Virus record (IMG/VR): IMGVR_UViG_3300022217_000003
Location: 96,001-160,000 of that record
Strand: one strand, 5' to 3'
DNA from: a virus
Taxonomy: Duplodnaviria; Caudoviricetes
Length of the DNA stretch: 64,000 nt
The notes below the pieces were generated by a model that worked only from the letters and a program-made list of their open reading frames with translations, did no database searches and was not told the origin of the DNA. Within the stretch, counting starts at the first letter, position 1; every line of letters begins with the position of its first letter. The position numbers and the translations under genes are program-made. Shown here piece after piece: positions 58,860-64,000 of this stretch.

Positions 58860-59102
58860 TTATTCGCCGTATTCCATACGTGCATCTCTAGCATCTTGTA
58901 ATGCATCAAAAGCCTTATCGAGTTCTATTTTTTCTTGGGGAGTTAACTTCTCACCATTTTCTATTTTCGTTCTATAGTGGAATACTATATTCCAAAAATG
59001 ATCTTCATTTCTTTTTAGCCATTCTCTAGTAGATTCAGATTCACTTCTCTCTAATGCAGGATTACTACCAAGATATGCTTTTCTAATAATGACTTTATCC
59101 AC
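58860..59102 (-). CDS. Small protein with (GTG)DKVIIRKA leader
   Basis: Shared leader. Confidence 0.65.
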   Translation of the reverse strand: MDKVIIRKAYLGSNPALERSESESTREWLKRNEDHFWNIVFHYRTKIENGEKLTPQEKIELDKAFDALQDARDARMEYGE

Positions 59103-59436
59103 TTGTTAACTCTTCTATTGGATCATACGCTATTCTATCTTCTATACTTTCAACTACTGTATTATAATCAGCACTATCTTCTGCAAAATCACCCACGTTA
59201 AATACATCTATTTCCTGTCCATCTTCTGTAAATATATTAATCTGATGTCCGCCATACCATGCATATATAAATCCGCCATTTGGATCATGCTTGACGTATT
59301 TTGCACCATCAAGTTGTTCGCCTAAGGATGCTTTTTTATCTATAGCCTGAACAACACCTGTAGCCTCCTTAAATAACTTCTCGTTTTCTGCAAACTTATC
59401 AAGCCACTCTGAGTGTTTATCTTTCTTGTGTATCAT
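59095..59436 (-). CDS. Small protein with WLDKF...KEA/KKAS leader and a domain shared with 59451-60257
   Basis: LDGAKY...IYAWYGGHQINIFTEDGQEID; AGGAG RBS. Confidence 0.7.
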   Translation of the reverse strand: MIHKKDKHSEWLDKFAENEKLFKEATGVVQAIDKKASLGEQLDGAKYVKHDPNGGFIYAWYGGHQINIFTEDGQEIDVFNVGDFAEDSADYNTVVESIEDRIAYDPIEELTSG

Positions 59437-59450
59437 AATTTATTATTCTC

Positions 59451-60257
59451 CTATACCGCTTCGTATTCATCAACTGTAACCCAGTTGTTATCTATATATT
59501 TTTCTACTGTTACCTGGTTATTATACGGCATACCGTCTTCTACTGTCATTCTTGAGAGCCAAACCCTTGTATCTTCATCTTCGTATTTAAGATTGTCTGT
59601 TTGACCTTGGGATATTGTAGGCATTTCAAGAAGCTCCCTAAGTGACCATTCTTCGTAGCCTTCGTAATCTTCTTCCTCGTAATCTTCTATAATTATATTA
59701 TCTTCTTCTAAAGGATAATCAGCCTTCTTCTTCAACTTCAACTTATCGCATATATGAGCTTCTACTTCTTCCAGAGTAGCTTCGGGTCTTTCCTCACTTC
59801 CAATAACATCGCAATCGACTTCTTCGCCATTCTCATCCATGGCATATACATTATGCCCGCCGAAGAATGCGTATGTGAGATTATTGTTTTTGTCTTTATA
59901 AGAATATCTTGCGCCCTTCAACCATATTGGGTTTGCTTCTTTAACTACTTCTGGCTGTGCATCAAACTCCTGATTATTAATTATAACTTTGTCCATTGAT
60001 TTACTCTCTCCTTTATGCTTTAATCTTCTTTCCATTTCTGGGAGTCCTTTTTTGTCGTCATAATAATCAGGCATATTCTCGCCCTCTGTATGGTCTCTTG
60101 CAATAGACTCCGCCATATCTCCCATTGACATATCAAGCTTATTGTCCTGCTTGATGTCTTTCTTTATTTTATTATAAGTAGGTCTGTGTTCCATCTCTAT
60201 TTTCTTACCCACTTCTAATTCATTATTCTCTGCTTTATTTATTATTACCTTATCCAT
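59451..60257 (-). CDS. Multi-module protein with two MDKVII leaders
   Basis: MDKVIINKAE at the start; internal MDKVIINNQE at ATG 59996 with AAAGGAG RBS. Confidence 0.75.
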   Translation of the reverse strand: MDKVIINKAENNELEVGKKIEMEHRPTYNKIKKDIKQDNKLDMSMGDMAESIARDHTEGENMPDYYDDKKGLPEMERRLKHKGESKSMDKVIINNQEFDAQPEVVKEANPIWLKGARYSYKDKNNNLTYAFFGGHNVYAMDENGEEVDCDVIGSEERPEATLEEVEAHICDKLKLKKKADYPLEEDNIIIEDYEEEDYEGYEEWSLRELLEMPTISQGQTDNLKYEDEDTRVWLSRMTVEDGMPYNNQVTVEKYIDNNWVTVDEYEAV

Positions 60258-60260
60258 GAT

Positions 60261-62249
60261 TTATACTGCCATCTCTGTCTGACTATAATAGTCAGATAAG
60301 AATAAGGCTATATCATCTGGTTCTATGGGCAATCTATTCTCCTGTGCAAAATCAGTTATAACCTCAGTGGCATCTTCACGGGAGAAGGCATACTTATTAA
60401 AGTGTTCTTCTGAGAAGCCGAGTGATTGTATATAACTATCTACTTCTTCCTGCCATACATTCTTCCATGGATCATCACCTATTACCTGGCCTTGTTTCAT
60501 TTCTACCAAGTCCATTAGTATGCTTCTTATTCCGCCTACTGTTTGGGTTGTTGCTTTTTTATTTAAAGAAGCTTCTTTTCCTATTTTAAAGCCACTTGGA
60601 ATATATTGGTATAAATCAGATGCCCCTTTATTAACAAGGGAAGAAAGCCAATGTCTCATAAACATATACAGCGTATCTCTTCCTCTGTCACCAGAAGCAT
60701 TTAGTTTTTTTCTAAAATCTTCATTAGCTTCATATATACTTCTTGCCCTATCGGCTAATGTATCTATGTACCCATCTCTCATTTCATATACAGATTCATA
60801 TAATTCTTCAGGAACAAATGACATAAATTCATCATATACTGTTTCGGCTACAATCTCTGGCATTAAAGCAGTTTCATCTTCCATGTCTGCTTCTTTATTT
60901 AAAGAGGCTTCTTTGTCAGATTCCTTTTCATTGTCATCATCTTCTTTATCCTCGGATGGCTCTTCTTTTTTGTCATCCTTTTCTTTATCTTTATCATCTT
61001 TGTCTTTATCTTTATCTTTTGATTTAGACTTCTTGCCTGAGAAGTTTTCTAATTGCTCTTGTCTCTTCTTCGCTTCTTCCTCAGTATCATAAGTGCCCAT
61101 ATTCTTTCCGTTTTTAGATTGAACTTGATATCTGCCATCTACCTCTACTATCTTTGCTTTTTTATTTAAACCTGCGACTGCTTTATGCTTAGTAACATAT
61201 TCATATACTTCTTGTGGTGTGTTAGCAAACTTTCTCCCTAAGATAGATACCCTACCTTCGGGATCTACTATACGCCATCCATAAGCCTCGCCACCTTCCG
61301 TTATATGATATCCATTAATATCTTCTGCTTCCTTATCCAAAGAAGCTTTCTTCTTTGACCAATTATCATCTTCATCTTTCTTCCCGAAGTCTTTCTCTGA
61401 GCCATATGGTTTTTGTTCATTGCCCCATTGTCCTGCGCTTGTTTCATTTGGTCCCTGTGTGAGATACTTGGTAGGGACACACTTGCCGCCTATTTGTTTT
61501 ACATTCTCCACGGGAGTTTTCCATAACTTACAATACGTCTTTCCGGCTATACCATTTGGAATCCTATGTTCCAATGCATCCTGGGCATTCCCTATATACA
61601 CCTGGTGTGTACATGAGGATCTTAATTCATCTGGTATGGTCTCGTCCTTCTTTGCGTTCTTTACAAAGGCAACTATTATCTTATCTGATAAATCATTGAA
61701 GGATACTTTATAATCCTTATCCTCATCTAGTCCCTCATATGCCAATTCATCTTTTGCCTCTTCTAATATATTCTCATCTTCTGTGGATAATACATACGTA
61801 TCATCATCTAACTCTCTGGCTATCTTTGTATTACCTAATACAGAATTGAACTTATCTAATTTATCTGATTCATCTATTTCATTTTGTCGTTCATGCACGA
61901 CATTTTCTTCATCCTTACTATCGCCAACCTGATCTATTTCCATAGCTTTCCGGATAGAGGATACGACATTATCATTGAGCCAAACTCTATTGTTTAACTT
62001 ATCTTCCGCCCTCTGTAGATTAACAATATAGATTCCATCCTGTTCTGTATCAGATACTATCTCTTCTTCATTGAGTGCATGAACTATCATTTTCGGCACA
62101 TCTACATTAATATTGCCGATCTTGATATCCTTCTGATACATTATGTGGTTCTTCGCTTCCTTTGTCATATGTTCAAAGGAATATGCACATAACATTTCAA
62201 GCTCATAATCTGATAATTTAGATGCGAATTTCTTTAATTCAGCTTTCAT
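60261..62249 (-). CDS. Large acidic multi-module protein (putative internal head polyprotein)
   Basis: Segments separated by KKASLDKEA, VAGLNKKA, KEASLNKEA, KEASLNKKA; start trimmed to ATG 62249 (GGAGG RBS). Confidence 0.75.
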   Translation of the reverse strand: MKAELKKFASKLSDYELEMLCAYSFEHMTKEAKNHIMYQKDIKIGNINVDVPKMIVHALNEEEIVSDTEQDGIYIVNLQRAEDKLNNRVWLNDNVVSSIRKAMEIDQVGDSKDEENVVHERQNEIDESDKLDKFNSVLGNTKIARELDDDTYVLSTEDENILEEAKDELAYEGLDEDKDYKVSFNDLSDKIIVAFVKNAKKDETIPDELRSSCTHQVYIGNAQDALEHRIPNGIAGKTYCKLWKTPVENVKQIGGKCVPTKYLTQGPNETSAGQWGNEQKPYGSEKDFGKKDEDDNWSKKKASLDKEAEDINGYHITEGGEAYGWRIVDPEGRVSILGRKFANTPQEVYEYVTKHKAVAGLNKKAKIVEVDGRYQVQSKNGKNMGTYDTEEEAKKRQEQLENFSGKKSKSKDKDKDKDDKDKEKDDKKEEPSEDKEDDDNEKESDKEASLNKEADMEDETALMPEIVAETVYDEFMSFVPEELYESVYEMRDGYIDTLADRARSIYEANEDFRKKLNASGDRGRDTLYMFMRHWLSSLVNKGASDLYQYIPSGFKIGKEASLNKKATTQTVGGIRSILMDLVEMKQGQVIGDDPWKNVWQEEVDSYIQSLGFSEEHFNKYAFSREDATEVITDFAQENRLPIEPDDIALFLSDYYSQTEMAV

Positions 62250-62254
62250 TATTC

Positions 62255-64000
62255 TTATCCTCCAAGTCCGTGGCCAGACCATTCACTGGGGTCTGCATTT
62301 AATTTACTATCTCCATGGAACTCTCTGGCATTTTGCCCATCACCAACATTGGTATTCTCGTCCATGGTCTTTTTATCATACCTCATTGTTTTCTTTTTAT
62401 TATATTCTTTTCCGCCCCAAGGTTTTTTGTCTTGGTCTTCTGCCTTAACTATCTTATCTGCATACTTATTAAGTATGGCATCTGCCTTCTTATTTAAATC
62501 ATTCATTATTACTTCCGAGTCTTTATTTAATAGCATATGTGATATGATTCTTTTGAATGCTTTATAATCAGATGGTTCCATTACGTTAGATGCCAAGGAT
62601 TCCAATACAGATTCATTACCTAAATCTTGATTTTTTATTTTCCAATATCCATCCGCCCATTCAAGATCTTCTATATCACCTAATTTCTCATATTCGGTTT
62701 CTACTTGTTCGCCATATACATCTTCAATTTTATCAACAGTAACCAATCCGTCATACCCTATATATCTGATTTCATCACCTATTTCTGGTATTAGTTTATT
62801 TTCAGCTTTCTTCTTCATTCTTTTATTAGAAGAAGCTTCTTTTTCTTCTAATGTAGAAAATGGTGCTTCGCAATCACATTCTTCTCCCGTGTATTGAGTA
62901 TTCCCTGATTCGTCTTTTCTTATTGTGAATCTCTTTCCGCATTCATCACACTCCGCTAAATATTCCTTACTCGCTGCCTTCTTATCCATTCTTTTATTAC
63001 CAGAAGAAGCCAATACAGTAACTAATTGTTCTGCCCCTTCTAAAGGAGCGAGATTATAATCCTGTCCTGTTATGGCATTAATGAGTTCTTGTTTATATGT
63101 TCCCTCATTTGGCCTGCCCTGTATCTGTTCTTGGTATACTCTCTGTAACCATGCCTGTGCGTTCTCTATACCAGAGGCTAAGGCGTTCTTCAGGTTATTC
63201 CATATGGTTCTTACCCAATCTTCCAACTCGGCCATTGCGGCTTCTCTGTTCTTTATCTGTGTAAAAGCCTTCTTTGTCTTGAACTCCATGTAAGTAGTAT
63301 TGGTGGCTTTCATAATATCCACAGGGGGAGTTAATCTATTTAACTTACGCAAGTCCTTGTCCCATAATATACCGATTAGGTCTGGATATACATCAACAAC
63401 CTTTCCTGCCGATCCTTCTTTTACCGTATATCCATCTTCATACTCTGCGGTCTTTATACTGAATACTCTATCTGATATATTGTAACTTGCTTGTGGCTGA
63501 GGTACAGGAGGAGCAGGTTGTTTTGCCTGATTAACAGGAGGAATAATACTATTAACTGGTGGTGGTCCCGCAGGTAATTGTCCTGCGGGTGCTTTAGGCT
63601 TCCCCCATGGTTGAGGTTTCGGTGCAGGAGCTACGGGTGTAGGCTTCGTGCCAGGCTGTGGTGCTGCTCCGGGCGCACCAGGCACAGGTTTTGCCCCAGG
63701 TGCCGGTACATTCTGCTTGGTTTCCAGTGATGGTGTAACCATACCGAAGTCACCTAAGTCTACCTTCAATCCTAACTCTTTAAACTTATTAAGCTTTTCG
63801 GCAAAGAACTCTACGTCCTTCTTATCAAACGCAGCCATTTCTTCTGCGTCAAAGTCCTGTGCCTTAAACCTTAATATCTCTTTATTGCCTTTATTGATAA
63901 CAACATCACCATCGAACTTTATCTTGATGCCCTTATCTTCTTTGGGAGGCTTAGGTTCTGTATCTTCGCCCTCTTCTTTATTAACAGGTTCGGGCTTATC
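62255..64000 (-). CDS. Large multi-module protein, 5' end outside window
   Basis: Frame is open from 64000 through the track ATG at 63838; Pro/Ala-rich linker; ASSGNKRMDKKA and KEASSNKRMKKKA repeats flank a CDEC..CDC zinc module. Confidence 0.75.
   Translation of the reverse strand, partial: DKPEPVNKEEGEDTEPKPPKEDKGIKIKFDGDVVINKGNKEILRFKAQDFDAEEMAAFDKKDVEFFAEKLNKFKELGLKVDLGDFGMVTPSLETKQNVPAPGAKPVPGAPGAAPQPGTKPTPVAPAPKPQPWGKPKAPAGQLPAGPPPVNSIIPPVNQAKQPAPPVPQPQASYNISDRVFSIKTAEYEDGYTVKEGSAGKVVDVYPDLIGILWDKDLRKLNRLTPPVDIMKATNTTYMEFKTKKAFTQIKNREAAMAELEDWVRTIWNNLKNALASGIENAQAWLQRVYQEQIQGRPNEGTYKQELINAITGQDYNLAPLEGAEQLVTVLASSGNKRMDKKAASKEYLAECDECGKRFTIRKDESGNTQYTGEECDCEAPFSTLEEKEASSNKRMKKKAENKLIPEIGDEIRYIGYDGLVTVDKIEDVYGEQVETEYEKLGDIEDLEWADGYWKIKNQDLGNESVLESLASNVMEPSDYKAFKRIISHMLLNKDSEVIMNDLNKKADAILNKYADKIVKAEDQDKKPWGGKEYNKKKTMRYDKKTMDENTNVGDGQNAREFHGDSKLNADPSEWSGHGLGG

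Noticed and set aside
6152-59453. Genome-wide TAG reassignment (alternative genetic code) to explain the amber at 47306
   Set aside because: Many complete genes end in TAG right before the next gene (e.g. 11103, 32895, 33419, 59451), and conserved enzymes are unbroken under the standard code
57059-61352. Repeated ~27-bp sequences as a CRISPR array or DGR repeats
   Set aside because: Irregular spacing, in-frame coding with synonymous variation; no cas or reverse transcriptase gene in the window
2805-63485. All plus-strand ORFs in the track (e.g. 26644-27249, 39717-40265, 44423-44989, 60520-61092)
   Set aside because: Antisense shadows of well-supported minus-strand genes; Ser/Phe/Leu-rich, with no motifs
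1-64000. tRNA, rRNA, terminase, tail and integrase genes
   Set aside because: None recognised in this window by eye

Overview
AT-rich window from a large tailed bacteriophage (or giant prophage-like element). Essentially every credible gene lies on the minus strand. In the direction of transcription (64000 to 1) it has four parts. (i) Large acidic modular proteins and small proteins sharing an 'M[DN]KVII' leader and repeated K-x-A-S linkers, probably internal head proteins, plus an M15 endolysin/holin pair. (ii) A head module: intein-containing portal, beta-helix protein split by one in-frame TAG, prohead protease, scaffold-like protein, decoration-like protein, and a 306-aa major capsid protein gene. 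The ORF track fragments the capsid gene because three group I introns interrupt it, with a 13-nt micro-exon and a LAGLIDADG endonuclease in intron 3. (iii) Small hypothetical genes and a free-standing HNH endonuclease. (iv) A >32 kb, ~38-gene glycan biosynthesis and tailoring cluster that runs off the left edge. It holds the Gmd(intein)/ColD/ColC-like GDP-colitose/fucose pathway, two NeuB/NeuA-type sets, two Maf/DUF115 proteins, ~11 glycosyltransferase-like genes, Glf, GalE, APS kinase plus sulfotransferase, methyltransferases and four cobalamin-dependent radical SAM enzymes, with no flippase, polymerase or exporter visible. All functional calls come from motif recognition by eye; no database searches were run.
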